From Nemertoderma westbladi (Eukaryota > Animalia > Xenacoelomorpha), in contig JAUCBJ010000133.1 of NCBI GenBank assembly GCA_032718475.1, positions 1-61,279 of the forward strand: DNA of 61,279 nucleotides, given 5' to 3'. The translations under genes were made by a program, and so were the position numbers. A model generated the notes under the pieces. That model was given only the letters and a program-made list of their open reading frames with translations. It was not told the origin of the DNA and searched no databases. Positions 10,441-22,886 of the stretch are shown here, in pieces (position 1 is the stretch's first letter; every line of letters begins with the position of its first letter).

Positions 10441-11982
10441 TACATTCACAGTTCGCACCGTAATCAGTTAAGCATATAATCTTCAGCAGATGCAGAACGC
10501 AATATATATAAAAGTAGGCAGATAGGCCAATAAACATAGCAGGATGGAGGATAGACAGAGAGATGAGAGACCTCTCCTCTGCTGCACTGTCTGTAAGTCA
10601 GATAATGCGAGTGGCATGCTAACTAATGCAGTAATGACTGATTTCGTAATACCACAAAGATGAAAAAGCATTATGGACTAAAAAACCAAATTGGGTAATT
10701 AAATTACTGACTAGGATAATAAATCCATTCTAAAATAGGTTTTTTTATTGTAAATTTTCAGATTATAGCTCGTTATAGGTGGTTATAGCTTGTTATGGGG
10801 AAGTTATAGCCCGTTATAGATCGTTATAGCCCGTTATAGATCGTTCTACATTTTAGTACGTATCTAACAAACTTCCTAATTTATACAAAGATAGAATTGG
10901 GTATCTGAATGTTGATATCAATGGGATTCCGGGGCGTACAGTGACGTCACGACCAATCACAGATCGTTTTCAAATTTAGAATAATTTTTAAACTGAAAAG
11001 ACCAATCAATATCTCGGCTATTTTAGCATCTTATTGAATTATGTAAACACCATTGTCTTTCTGTGATATTATTGCATCTAATTAATCTGGTTTTGAATTT
11101 GAGTCGTGAACCCCATTATCGTGCAATAATATTAACATCCACGTATTTTGGAAAACTGAAAAATTTGTTGTTTATTCTTTGATATATATTGCTGGGTGTA
11201 AATCAAATTTGAAATATTTTTGGTACTAAACAAGTTCCCCAATGTCCCGTCAACACCTTGGATTGACGAGAGGGACATTGGGGCAAATATGTAATAAGGA
11301 ACTCTGACCCCCCTCCCTTCCGGCCATGAATATGGATTTTATTAACAATTAGTAAATTTTGTATCTTATTGTCCAACAATTCCTTTCAAATCACATTGTT
11401 ACATGAAAAGAACTTCACAATATAGGCCGATAATAAAATTGTTTGTGCATTCAGATTTCATCATATTATAAACATTTTTTGCAGTTCTGACATTAAAATG
11501 GCATCGTAATTTTACTAAAAGATGGCACATCCAAATGTTGTTTAGTACTGTACATGCATATCCAGCAAACTTTCTTCAATGTTGGTACTGTAATGTAATA
11601 ATTGTAAAAGTACGAGTTAGTTAAATTAATTAATTTGAGGAATTCCAGAACATTGTGTTAATCTCCTTCTGTATTAACTTTATGGGGCATCTTTGAAGTA
11701 CAGAATCGGAATACAGTAGATAGGCCTATACCCTGTACAATTTAAAGCCGTTTTAATGTATACTTTTCTCAAATTTAGTAAAATGCATTGTATGTATTTG
11801 ATATTTCAATATTATCTTAACAACATCGCTTTTAAATTTGATGGTACTGTTATTTCTACAGTATAATGCACAACGCTTTCAGAATTATCTTGGGTAGTTT
11901 TTCACAATAGAAACACCCATTTGGACTGTAGGTCCTAATAAAAGCCCCCCCCCCCCCCCAACGTCTCACTGATTTAACTTAC

Positions 11983-12189
11983 CATTTGCCAGGCGTGGAC
12001 TCTATACTGCGGTACAACATGGTAATCTCGAATGATCTGCGGTTTATCTTTCCTCCTGTTCTTCACAAACTTTCGGTAACTCGCATTCCAGTTACCGTCC
12101 TGGTACAGTTGGGAGCGAATAGATCGGGCTATTCGGTTTAACAGCACCTCGTTCTCAAAAACAATCATAGCCGTTGTGTTGTGAACCGA
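11983..12189 (-). CDS. Exon of CFAP97D1/KIAA1430-domain-like ciliary protein
   Basis: ttgttttcactcag|SVHNTTAMIVFENEVLLNRIARSIRSQLYQDGNWNASYRK...HAWQM|gtaagt, 207 nt, phase 0/0. IVFENEVLLNRIA and DGNWN resemble IEYENKQLCQKIA and DCWN of CFAP97D1 as I recall it. Confidence 0.75.
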
Positions 12190-13142
12190 CTGAGTGAAAA
12201 CAAACAACGTCAACATAATTATTTGGTTTAAAAATTAGTATTTTATTAGAATTAGTATAATAATAATAATGCATTTTTATTACGCCAATTTACAATAAAT
12301 AATGAAATTACCCAATGGCTCTTAACATCATCGAAGTGATAGAACATAGAGTATAAATAGTATAAAAATAGAGAAAATAGTTGGAAAAGTTGTACGTTTC
12401 AGCTTTACCACAGAATTGCATTTATCTACGCGAGACGCGACAGTTTTACAAAATTAAACGAGGATCGTTAACGCTGATAGCGTCTTCTTCACACAATGAT
12501 CTCCGAAATGTTGTCCCATTCAAAGTCGAAAAAGAAAAAGACGAGTTATAGTGGGTTATACTTAAAAAAAAAGGAGACTACGCAAATATGACGGTCTATA
12601 TTGCAGATTTTGACACCCACCTAAATACTCAATGTCTAATATTTCCAATCACATTATTTTACTGAATTATAAACCAACTTATAATATACAAATTAAATTA
12701 CCTTGTTTGAGACTCTGATGATACAATTATTACCACAGTCGACCTTTTATTGATAGTATTCCATACGCTAGGAGTGTTCTATTTTACAGCAGTATAGGAA
12801 TGAATTTAATTTTATCGTAAAATTTGGGAAACAAACCAAAATCAGCTGGTGAAACCATGCCTTAAGTAAACTTTATTGCAGAACCAAACAAGTCAAATAG
12901 TGAGTGATAGGCGTTGCCATTGACAACCCAATATAACAATAACATGCGTGTAATTATTACTCGAAACTTTGAAATTAATTGGAAATATATTGGGAGTTGT
13001 TGTATTACTAATGATCATTGGTTAACCAATGACTATGAGACACTGCATGATGGCGACAATTATTGGCAGTGCACTGTACAAACAAACCATAGTATAGAAG
13101 GTCCGCAACACAATTATACTGTATATAAATTTACAGACTAAC

Positions 13143-13238
13143 ATGTTTCCTTTTTATCATTCGACGGTTTTGAAGCTGCAGTTGAGAAGGACCTCGAAAT
13201 CTATCACTGTACGATATTTTTGGCTTCGCTCGAGAAAT
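13143..13238 (-). CDS. Exon of CFAP97D1-like gene (ISRAKPKISYSDRFRGPSQLQLQNRRMIKRKH)
   Basis: ttatttag acceptor, gttagt donor, 96 nt, phase 0/0. Contains the I..AKP motif of the family. Confidence 0.7.
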
Positions 13239-13399
13239 CTAAATAAACGCAGGTGATATAAACATGTAAACATATAAACAACGTGAATGAGTATAACCAT
13301 CATTCCTTGCACCTTTTCATCCATCAAATAAATAAAATAATGATGTACTGTACAATGATACGAGATTGATGAGGTCCTGATTAATGAATTGGTAGGCGG

Positions 13400-14270
13400 C
13401 AGGCGACATTGTCCTGTCCTCTCCTCAGCAGATGAAAAGTGGTAATAGCGGATTTGATCTATTAATGAATCCAACTGCACATGCAGCATTGGACAAAATA
13501 TACAAAATCTCCAACTTCTTCATCCGTTGCCACTTCTGATGTTCTGGAAGACTGGCTAAGAAGTTTCCTAACGTGGTTCTGATTGTGTGCTATTACACCA
13601 ACTAGTGTCGCCCCAGTAGAGGAGGTGGAAAATTTCTACCACTACAAGCAGCTACTGATGGAGTGGATCAGCATGCATTCTTATCTTTATTTGGTGATTT
13701 TAATACCAGTCTCCATCATTCCTCAACATCGCCATGGGTCTCGGCGATTGTATCAACCGAAATTCCTAGACTTAATCTCTAGAAATGGAATGTTCTCGGC
13801 TATGACCGAGTCCAAGAAACGAACGTGCTAGTAGAACTAAGAATTCGGTGGGTCCTGTATGTTGCAACAGCCGCCCAGTGTGAGATCCAGCTTCACACGA
13901 GACTCACTTCTGAGTCAACATATCACAGTCTGACGGTCCGATTCTTTTGGTTAGGCAATGCTTTACTCTGATGGTGGCCCTAGTGGCAGAAATATATTAG
14001 TTATTTTATTTAAAGTATATGAGTTTTAGCAACGAGGGAAGTCCCCAACTCAGGACACAGACCCTATTGTAATATCACTGTGAGGGTGACGGTTATACTG
14101 CCTTCACAGAGGCAGTTACGGCCAGCAGGTGCAGAAACAGTTCCTGTATACACTCGAAGCAGAAAAGGCACCCTAGACGGACCATAGAATCCGAAAGTGC
14201 CGAGAGGATCTCACTAAGGCACAGAAAAAGTCCCGTCTGTAACGCACTACTGTACAGCGGCCAAGCCGAC
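13400..14270 (+). pseudogene. Degenerate RTE LINE fragment, same family as 41970-44762
   Basis: 13427-13800 matches the reverse complement of about 44400-44764. 14080-14260 matches about 43880-44060 (GYTAFTEAV...AETVPVY). An unrelated insert lies between them. Confidence 0.8.
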
Positions 14271-14529
14271 AAAGTAACTGAGAATTGCAAACCGGTACCG
14301 CGGTTTCAAATTCAATCAATGTTTTTGGTCGGTCTGACTGTCGGTAAATGTTTGAAGGCAAATAGCACAGTCAATCTGTGTTGAATCAAAATTGCTACAC
14401 ATGTAGGCTACTACTACTACTACTAGGTCGAGCGAACTCGGACAGTGGAAATTGGATCCTCCCAGGCTTCCCGATTCTCCATAGTTGTCGAAATTTCGTT
14501 TCTCTCAAGTTCAGTATCCCTTTCAAGTT

Positions 14530-14775
14530 GATCTATACAGTATGTCATAGACGGGTACGCTTTACATGAGTTGGTTGCCAGAAAAGTAGATCTGGTATGA
14601 CCTCGTTTTTGCTTCTCCAGCAGTGGCCACTGAATCTTAATTTGCCTTCACGGAGGGTGGTTGATACAGGTGGTATTGTACCATAAAGCTCGGCGCTTGT
14701 CATGTTTTGTCTCCAGTTGATGTTTAGGGCTGCCTTAGTGCTTAGTAGGCCCTAGTCTTATGTAGCAACCATCTA
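14530..14775 (-). pseudogene. RTE-clade RT C-terminal fragment
   Basis: Translates to ALNINWRQNMTSAELYG...LRFSGHCWRSKNEVIPDLLFWQP, a typical RTE 3' end. Confidence 0.7.
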
Positions 14776-15046
14776 TTCAGTCAAAAGTATGAAATATATT
14801 TTCCATTTGCGTGGGGGGGGGGGGGGGGGGCGTGGGCGACAGTTGTCCAATCCGCCGCTAGAGGGCGACTAGCAGGCAACGGTTGAAATAGTGGTAACTG
14901 TATGCTAAGTTTGCTATGCTGTCAATTCCACCGAAAACCACAAAATATCAGTTTTTGATTTCAAAATTCATTGATCAGGACTATATACACACGCTTTCAC
15001 GAAATAAATAGATCAGGAGCTTTTTCTCGACTGACAATTTACTTAC

Positions 15047-15136
15047 CATTAGATTATGATGTTTCAGGTGTTTTGTAAATTGAACATCAGATAATGCTGA
15101 TGCACGCTGAGGAGACATCATCATATCGTACGCAAG
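15047..15136 (-). CDS. Exon of CFAP97D1-like gene (LAYDMMMSPQRASALSDVQFTKHLKHHNLM)
   Basis: gtctgttcag acceptor, gtaagt donor, 90 nt, phase 0/0. LAY motif as at the CFAP97D1 N-terminus. Start exon not located. Confidence 0.7.
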
Positions 15137-15175
15137 CTGAACAGACTAACAGCGTAGTGTATCTAAATAGCAGAT

Positions 15176-15430
15176 AGGGGGAGGAGGGTGGAAACAGGAC
15201 GCAATAAAAATTAATCACTTTCCAGGGGAATTGGAAGCAAATAACAGTTGATAACTCTCAAAAATAAAACTGTAACCTATTCTATTGTGTTTAGTTTATT
15301 GTTTTGGTTAAAATTACATGTCACTGTAACCTGCTCCTTTCCATAAATTGAGAATTTAACATTGAGACGGGATATTAATTCGCCAAGATGGGATTTGTGT
15401 CCAGTCCCCCCCCCCCCCCCCCCCCCCCTA
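15176..15430 (+). mobile_element. MITE of about 250 bp with G/C-tract termini
   Basis: Clearly homologous to 36784-37035 (GGACGCAATAAAAATT...GTGTTTAGTTTATTG...GGGATATTAATTCGCCAAGATGGG...GTCCAGT). Reverse-oriented relatives near 35870 and 48290. Confidence 0.7.
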
Positions 15431-16467
15431 TCTCCTACATAGATTAGGCTACATCATGTTTTGTTTGTAGATGTAAACTTTCGAATTATTGTTTATAAAA
15501 TGTCTAGTTAATTTTATAATTATGGCTACGGAAGGGCCTACTGTATCATTAACTACATCACAATGTAAGCGCCAACTTAGATTTCAAAAAACATATTTCA
15601 CAAGGCTCACTTCACTCCGGTTTAAATCACTCATAAAATGAGTGATTTAAGCGGACTTTGGAAATTATTTTGTCTATGTTGTATAGTATGTAGACTTACT
15701 GTATTTGAATTGAGTTAATTTCTTAATTAATTATATTTTCTTATTTATCATTAGTTAATTATATTTACAACATATTTACTGTTTGGATGGACATACTGTA
15801 ATTTATGACATTATTTATGTACAGTTTATAACTTGAAGTTTATTTAATAATTAACTTTTATTTGCGTTTGTGTGCTGGATCAATATCATTGAATCAAGAT
15901 ACCGTATTTCTGTGGGGCTATTTGGTCAATAATAAGAATATAATAATAATAATAATAATAATATTAATAGTATTAAATATAGATAATATTTAGTTTTTTA
16001 AAGTCCTTGTGTGCATTTACAATACTGCGGCTATGACAAATTGTTATGTCGTGTATTAATTATATGTGTAACACGTTTGTTCCAATTTTAAAAGATAATA
16101 ATTCAAATATTGGCACAGTTTGATGGACTTGACAAATTTCAACAATACAAAAAATGATTTACTCCGCTGTCATGGTTACCAAACAAATATCTAACAAAAC
16201 CTTCTCTGCGATTTGAGGATTAATATGACAGGTAAACTAAATCTCGGAATGATCAATTTATTTAATTGAACATTCTCATAAAGTTTGTTGAGTTAACTGT
16301 GTAAGGATCTCTGTAGCTTTTGTCCTAGTCCTGCCGTAAAGTAAAAAAAAAAACAATTTTGTGCCTGCAGCAGGTCCGGCCTGTATGGTACTGTATTAGG
16401 CCTACTGATCAAAGACCAAATGAAATCATCTGGAATACCTGCGACAGAGCCAACCCACCAGTGTCTT

Positions 16468-17190
16468 ATGGAGCGAGCCACGAAAGTAAGCTTAGCATAC
16501 CGCAATCTCAATCGGTGTGTCTGTAGATCTGTCCTTCTGTAGATCCATGTTTTTAAACGTTAATAACTCAGCTAATCCTGGATGAAATCTAACGAAAGTT
16601 GTTACACATGTTGTTTGGCAAACCTTTACAAAATTTCCAAGTAGAATTTGCGTGGGGCCTTCAGGACGAGCGCAACGAGGTTAATGAATGAAACGATAAT
16701 TACGTTGACTATACTCGTAAAGAACCTGGTTTGACATATTGGACGATATGTCATTTAGATCAGAACCGGTGGTGGAATATTTTATGCTATATATTAACCA
16801 TTATAACCATTGGTAACCAGATGTATAGGACGAGGGCAACGAGGATTTGTAATGAAGACGAGTCTGTGTTGACTATATACTCAACGAGTAGGCCTATTAT
16901 TTTGATAATACTCGAAAACCACATGGTTTAGCATATTAAACGATATGTCATATTATCCAATACTGATAATGGAATGTTGTAAGGTATATATTTGGTGACC
17001 AGGTTGTAAAGGACGAACACAACGAGGTTTGCAATGGATACGAGTATCCATCTGCCATAAATCAACAATTACTCGCACAGTTTCGAGACTTTGCAAAGTT
17101 ATAAAGGTCGTCAGTCTGCGTTTAAGAAGAAAAATTTCAGACAAAACAGGACAAGCGCAACGAGGTTAATGAAGGAGACGAGTATTGTAA
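16468..17190 (+). mobile_element. Second, older HINE-like element with degenerate repeats of about 140-185 bp
   Basis: Begins TGGAGCGAGCCACGAAAGT (compare TGGGGCGAGCCACGAAGT), followed by a short TGTCTGT tract. GGACGAGCGCAACGAGG-like motif near 16663, 16828, 17011 and 17149. Confidence 0.5.
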
Positions 17191-19282
17191 AATCAAAATT
17201 GTCATTATCTTGTTGCTAGATATATATTGATGAGAGACATTCTTAAGCCTACATATTAACATGGGCCTACAGTTTTCGATCGGGAAGGTTCATACATTAA
17301 GGGGGAGGGAGGGTGGGGAGGTACCCCCTCCCTCCTGGTGTAAACTTTTCTTCACATTTTTAGGTTATTTATTTCATCTGATGCAGAATGTAATGGGGAT
17401 TTCAATTCTTAAAACGGCTTAATGGCGAGATCTTTTTTATCTTTTCTCGAGGTATCGCTGTCTTTCCGTCTATACCAGTTTGTCCGTCAAAATTTAGAAG
17501 ACAGACAGACCGATAAACCGTATTACAGACATATTAGATACCACTAAATATTAAAACTGCTTTCGGAAACTAACTTTAGTAGTGAGTTGGTATGAAGCCA
17601 TTGTGCCAAACACTACTAACCGATTAACAGACCACACTCCAGGCAGACATACAGTATCTGAGCGGGAAGGTTCAAACTTTAAAGCGAATAATCTCATAAT
17701 TAAACTTTTTTTTCAATTTTTTCTAAATACTCTACACAAATTCGATAATTTATGGCTCGTTTCGCTCGTTTGAAAGGTTCTTTTGAAGATCTTGAAAATC
17801 TCTCCAGCATATTTTAAAACAATTTTGTTCAATATTATTACGAATTTTAATTAATTAAAATTAATTAATTTAATTAATAATTTAAAAAATCGGATGGAGA
17901 GTTTTTTAGATTCGAAAGTGCTGAGTCCCAATAAGTTTATTTTAAAAATTTTTGGATAAATATTAAGGTGAAACGTTTAATTCTATCGCTTGCCGCTAGA
18001 GGGAGACAACAAATTTTCAAATTTCCATTGTTGCTCTTTGACCTCCCCCCCCCCCCACACTTATTAGAGAGCTGTTTTAAAAAAAATTATCATTAAAGGC
18101 CAATTACAGTACTATATTTAAGGACATATCTATTATATTTTTATTTTAAGTACTATATATAGTTATATTTAACTATATTTATTTATTTAGGCTAAGACCC
18201 CAAGATCCCTTCTTATATAATAAATATTTAAGTATGGGGTGTATTTTATAATTATAACTAATACGCCATTTTTCAACCAATTTCTATGTTTTTGGTATCA
18301 AATGAAAAGCTAGTAAAGTGCGCAATAATAACATTTGAGCAGTTTTTTTTTAGTTTTGTAATTGTTCATCTGTTATAACTTTTTTACGAAAAAATATTTA
18401 TTTGAAAATTATTTTGAAAAATAGCGGCATTTTCCTTGAAAGGTAGGTAAAAAACAAAAATTTTCATTTTTCAAATTTTCAATTTTCACATAATCGGCAA
18501 TGCTGATTCCAAAAACAGGTTACAAGTTCAGAAAATAAAGCGTAACGAAGGAGTATAATTTTAAGTAAAAATCTATATTTTGACTCTAGCCCCTAAGGGG
18601 CGTCAAAAGTTAAGTTTTTATAATCTCAATTCAATAGTCCATCCAAAATGTATATTTTACTTAATTTTTACTTAATCGTTTTTTTTAGCAGTAGACTCTT
18701 AATTTAATTTTTAATTTATTTAATTTAAACCTTCTGCATTTCAAAATGTTGCCTTCCAAGCCCAAAACACTCGACTACCTCAACTTTCTTGACAAATAAT
18801 TTCTCAAACTAATGGAGTTGTTTTGGAGACTGGATAATTTTTACAATCATGGAGAACGAACGATATTAAACTACCGGTATATATTTTCGGGTAATATTGT
18901 AAACTTCACCTAGTTCATTAAATTTAAACAGTCTGTAACGAAGAATAACGATTGAAAAACGAAGTAAAAACGATTACGAAATAGGGAAAGCGAGTTTGAG
19001 ATAAACTACGACCAAATAAGAACCGAAGACTATTACAGTATATACTAGGTCAATTAGGTAGCTTAGGTAGCAATAACATCAATAAACTCATATAATTTTG
19101 AACATTTAAAAAATAATGCCAATGCGGTGTTTGAAATTAAACATTTAAACACAATTACTGTTTTTACGGGTTGTAGAGATTGCAGAGATTCGAACACATA
19201 ATGCCAATGCATATGTCACATAATCTAATTGACAGACGATGCAGAAATGCAGTAGGTCTATATCATTTTCATAATATAAAAT

Positions 19283-20224
19283 CTATTTCCTCAATAAACT
19301 TAAATTTTCTCTCATATCCCGATAATTCTTGTATCCAAATGGTATCCGTATTTCCTTCTCCCACAACTCTTCCATGGCAGTCAAACATTCCTGGGGGATC
19401 TTTACTTTGCCCTGGCCCATTTTGCCTCCACCCTGCCTCACCTTAGGCCGAGGCATTATTATTCTCTTGATGTTCTTGGAACGAGGCCATAAGGGAGGTT
19501 TTAACAGACCGCTATCAAACTGTGAACCTCGCGAAGCCATGTACTCGAAAGAAGATCGTTCTAGCACCAATTCATTCAACTCATTTGTCAAATCGATCCC
19601 CATAAAGTTAGCGATTTCTACGACGCATTTTTGCCGATTTTCGTGTAAATCTTCGTAGTGTAGCCACAACACATTTTCATCGCGGTAGTGAGGTAACCAA
19701 GACGACAGACTAGCCCAGGTATTAAACATACCGGCTTCTTTGTAATGGACGATTGCTGAGTCGAAGAAATCGATGATATCTGCGGTGTCATCAGTAGGGG
19801 AAACTCGAAGCATCTTCTTAAAGAAACAATACGTAGAATACATTGTGTCTACCGGATCCCTTACGATATAGATATACCGCGCACCTTTAGGGATCCAGTC
19901 GTAAGTGTCGTGACTCTTAAAGCATCGCGGTTGATACGCCTGGTCGTCATCCAATCGGATCGCGGGATTATCGTAGTCTAGGAACACAGGCGGAACCATG
20001 GGAACGATGACGTCAATCTCGGGGAATTCCTCATCTCCGCCGGATCGCAACTGGTGGACTATCTGTTGGACCCACGTGGTGCCAGCCTTACCAGGGGTCA
20101 CCACGTACACGTCTGTGGGTCTCACAGTCACCCTGGGAATGGTCTCGTCGCGCCCATGGGTGGCGAAGTATTCCCATTGCTCGGCGTAGGTCATAAGCTG
20201 GTTGGAATCGCAGTTCTTATCCAT
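19283..20224 (-). CDS. Cytosolic-type sulfotransferase (Sulfotransfer_1), intronless CDS, 313 aa
   Basis: 5'-PSB motif PGKAGTTW, catalytic KSH, 3'-PB motif IVRDPVDTMYS, HYEDL, and C-terminal KVRQGGGKMG. Confidence 0.95.
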   Translation of the reverse strand: MDKNCDSNQLMTYAEQWEYFATHGRDETIPRVTVRPTDVYVVTPGKAGTTWVQQIVHQLRSGGDEEFPEIDVIVPMVPPVFLDYDNPAIRLDDDQAYQPRCFKSHDTYDWIPKGARYIYIVRDPVDTMYSTYCFFKKMLRVSPTDDTADIIDFFDSAIVHYKEAGMFNTWASLSSWLPHYRDENVLWLHYEDLHENRQKCVVEIANFMGIDLTNELNELVLERSSFEYMASRGSQFDSGLLKPPLWPRSKNIKRIIMPRPKVRQGGGKMGQGKVKIPQECLTAMEELWEKEIRIPFGYKNYRDMRENLSLLRK

Positions 20225-20517
20225 AAGGAAATAAATCTGTTATGTATTCTGTTATATATTTACCGGTACTTATATATTAAAAAAGTGTATTACATTTAAA
20301 CATTTGCACCAGAACTCAGAACATCTAACGTAGGATAACTGCATAGAAAGATTGAGAATCTGTTACATTCCGTAAAATAAGATATGTCAGTATGTAGTGA
20401 TTATTTTATAAATTCCATTTTAAATCAATACAGAATTTGAGCAACCGTCAGAAGAAGGGGAGTGGAATCATGAAAAGCTGAAATTGGCCCACTGGGTCCC
20501 TTACTGGTACTGCCAGT

Positions 20518-20705
20518 CAGGGACGGCGTTCGGGTCTGCGGGGCCCCCCGAAATAAACAAAATTTGTCTCGAGCAAGAAGAAAAAAGGATCTCCTGCATG
20601 ATCAGGATCACCCGGCGTGCTCTGGGCCCCTGCGTGCTCGCTCCCCCCCCCCCCCCCCCCCTGATAGCCTGATAGGGGGGTTCGGGGGGCATAACCCCGC
20701 CACTG
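20518..20705. mobile_element. hAT-type MITE (188 bp)
   Basis: 8-bp TSD CTGCCAGT at 20510-20517 and 20706-20713. Imperfect TIRs CAGGGACGGCGTT / AACCCCGCCACTG. Confidence 0.8.
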
Positions 20706-22145
20706 CTGCCAGTGATCCATGGTTACAGCAGGTTTCTTCCCTACTGTTAAAATACTAATAAATAAAAACCAAATGTGCCTAGGATACTGTAGTTTGTTGT
20801 TCTGGGTATAAATGCAATATTTAATTTCAGAAAGTTTCTAATTTATCACTAATTTCAATGCAAATACCGAGAACATCTATAAAGAGTATGTATAAAGTAT
20901 TATATTTACAGTAGGCCGCCAAACAAATAGTTGTAGCCAATAGTAGTGCGGGATTCTTATTTATACAGTATTAATGATAATCGTCAAACAGTTACAGAGT
21001 TGAGTATAGCTTTTAGAGGGACTTTCATTATATTGTTTGATTAGCAACTTAGAGTTCTGCTTACGAGAAATAATGGCCACCATGTGTTTTTTCAGACAAC
21101 CATATTTAATTAAGCGCTGTTAATTTACTATTACAGAAGAAGAAGTGGGCGTCCCACTTAATTGAGTCATAAAAACTGCAGTATTAATTAATTTTCTCGG
21201 TAATCTTAATATTAATATATCAGTAGAAGGCTCACAGGTGACAATGCACAACAGTAGTAACGGACACTGCTCACCCCACCCAAGTTAATAGTTCCCTGTG
21301 TTTGCACTGCGACTTGGGAATTTAAAGTTACAAGTTACATTATGTGGCTGATATCTATAAAATTATTGAAGATCAATGTTATTTTTGGTTGCTTAGTCAT
21401 TCCAACGCAAATATTACACGCACCAAAGCGAGTCAAGTCCATCATTTAATTATTTAACAGTATTTATTGTGGGACCCACTCCTTGACAGGGGGTGAGGTG
21501 AGGAGGGGGGGTGGGCGCGTGGTAGATGGGGCTGTACATAAGACGGTGAACATGAAGAATGTTCCTTGAAAGACTATCAGCCTAAAATTACCATGTTAAT
21601 ACCAAATCAATATGGGGACGGATTTATTGCCATATCGATTTACATTTTCAACACGCTTATTGCAATAGGACCAGTGGTGCCAGTGGTGTAGGTAGATGCC
21701 CCATCCCTTTGATGTTTTTAAAAGACCCGAATATTTGGAGCTCATTCATACTATCCTCATAAACATTTACAGAACAGAACAGAACAAAGAGTTTAAAATG
21801 ATAAGAACTGAGAATGGACAAGTTAGCACCGGATCTAGGACACTCCCCCCCCCGGACAGTTCCCTCCCGGACACTTCCCCCCCCCCCCCCCCCCCCGCCC
21901 AAGTAGGACACTTCCCCCCGGAACTTGCCCCCCGGACACTCCCCCCCCAGTTAAAGTGTTAAAGTTAATCTGGGTGCATCAAAGCAATAAACAAAAGTTA
22001 AACATAGTTACAGGACTAATCTGGGTGCATCAAAGCAATAAACAAAAGTTAAACATAGTTACAGGACAAGTTGTATCTAGACAAGTTTTTTCAAAATTAT
22101 AATAGAAACATTTTTATAGTCAAATTTTATTTGTATTTCTTTTAA

Positions 22146-22640
22146 TTGGGGGCTGCCGCCCCCAAACCCCCGCTTCTTTTCTTGGGGGCGGCCGCCCCCA
22201 AACCCCTGCTTCTTTTCTTGGGGGCTCCCGCCCCCAAACCCCCGCTACTTTTCTTGGGGGTTGCCGCCCCCAAACCCCTGCTTCTTTTCTTGGGGGCTAC
22301 CGCCCCCAAACCCCCGCTTCTTTTCTTGGGGGCGGCCGCCCCCAAACCCCTGCTTCTTTTCTTGGGGGCTCCCGCCCCCAAACCCCCGCTACTTTTCTTG
22401 GGGGTTGCCGCCCCCAAACCCCTGCTTCTTTTCTTGGGGGCTGCTGCCCCCAAACCCCTGCTTCTTTTCTTGGGGACTGCCGCCCCCAAACCCCCGCTAC
22501 TTTTCTTGGGGGCTGCCGCCCCCAAACCCCCGCTTCTTTTCTTGGGGGTTGCCGCCCCCAAACCCCCGCTTCTTTGGTTGGGGGCTGCCGCCCCCAAACC
22601 CCCGCTTCTTTTCTTGGGGGTTATCGCCCCCAGACCCCGG
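22146..22640. repeat. 36-bp GC-rich minisatellite, about 13.5 units
   Basis: Unit TTGGGGGCTGCCGCCCCCAAACCCCCGCTTCTTTTC. Confidence 0.95.
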
Positions 22641-22886
22641 CATTCCCTGAGTGCCCGTGGTGAAAGACTTAAGACCATTTTGAAATAATTAATTCATATT
22701 TGTATCATCAGATAATAAATTGACTAAGCCTAAAGTAGGAGCTGTAATGAATGTTAACCAAATTAATATATAAATTACTACAATAATATATAATTCAACA
22801 AAATCCTATTAAAAATATTGCAAGTAACCTGGAAATTTAATATGTAGTTTGAATAATATCTATATATATAGTATGTATAGTAATAT

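Larger units (their letters stand above)
4642..10859. mobile_element. Foldback DNA element with CTATAAC-rich TIRs, interrupted by a LINE
   Basis: 4642-4762 is the inverted counterpart of 10738-10859 (GTACTAAA(A)TGTAG...ACGATCTATAACGGGCTATAA...CCACCTATAACGAGCTATAAT.TGAAAATTTACA). Confidence 0.75.

Noticed and set aside
11235-11285. Strong hairpin CCCCAATGTCCC...GGGACATTGGGG as a possible ncRNA or terminator
   Set aside because: It is a single occurrence with no family features and is most likely a tiny MITE remnant.
18730-18745. ATG CAG AAG|gtttaa as the start exon of the CFAP97D1-like gene
   Set aside because: It is phase-compatible but only 9 coding nt with a weak donor, and cannot be supported without transcripts.
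22142-22688. Repetitive histone-H1-like or Pro-rich ORFs on both strands
   Set aside because: They are a by-product of a stop-free 36-bp minisatellite inside a MULE, with no ATG or splice context.
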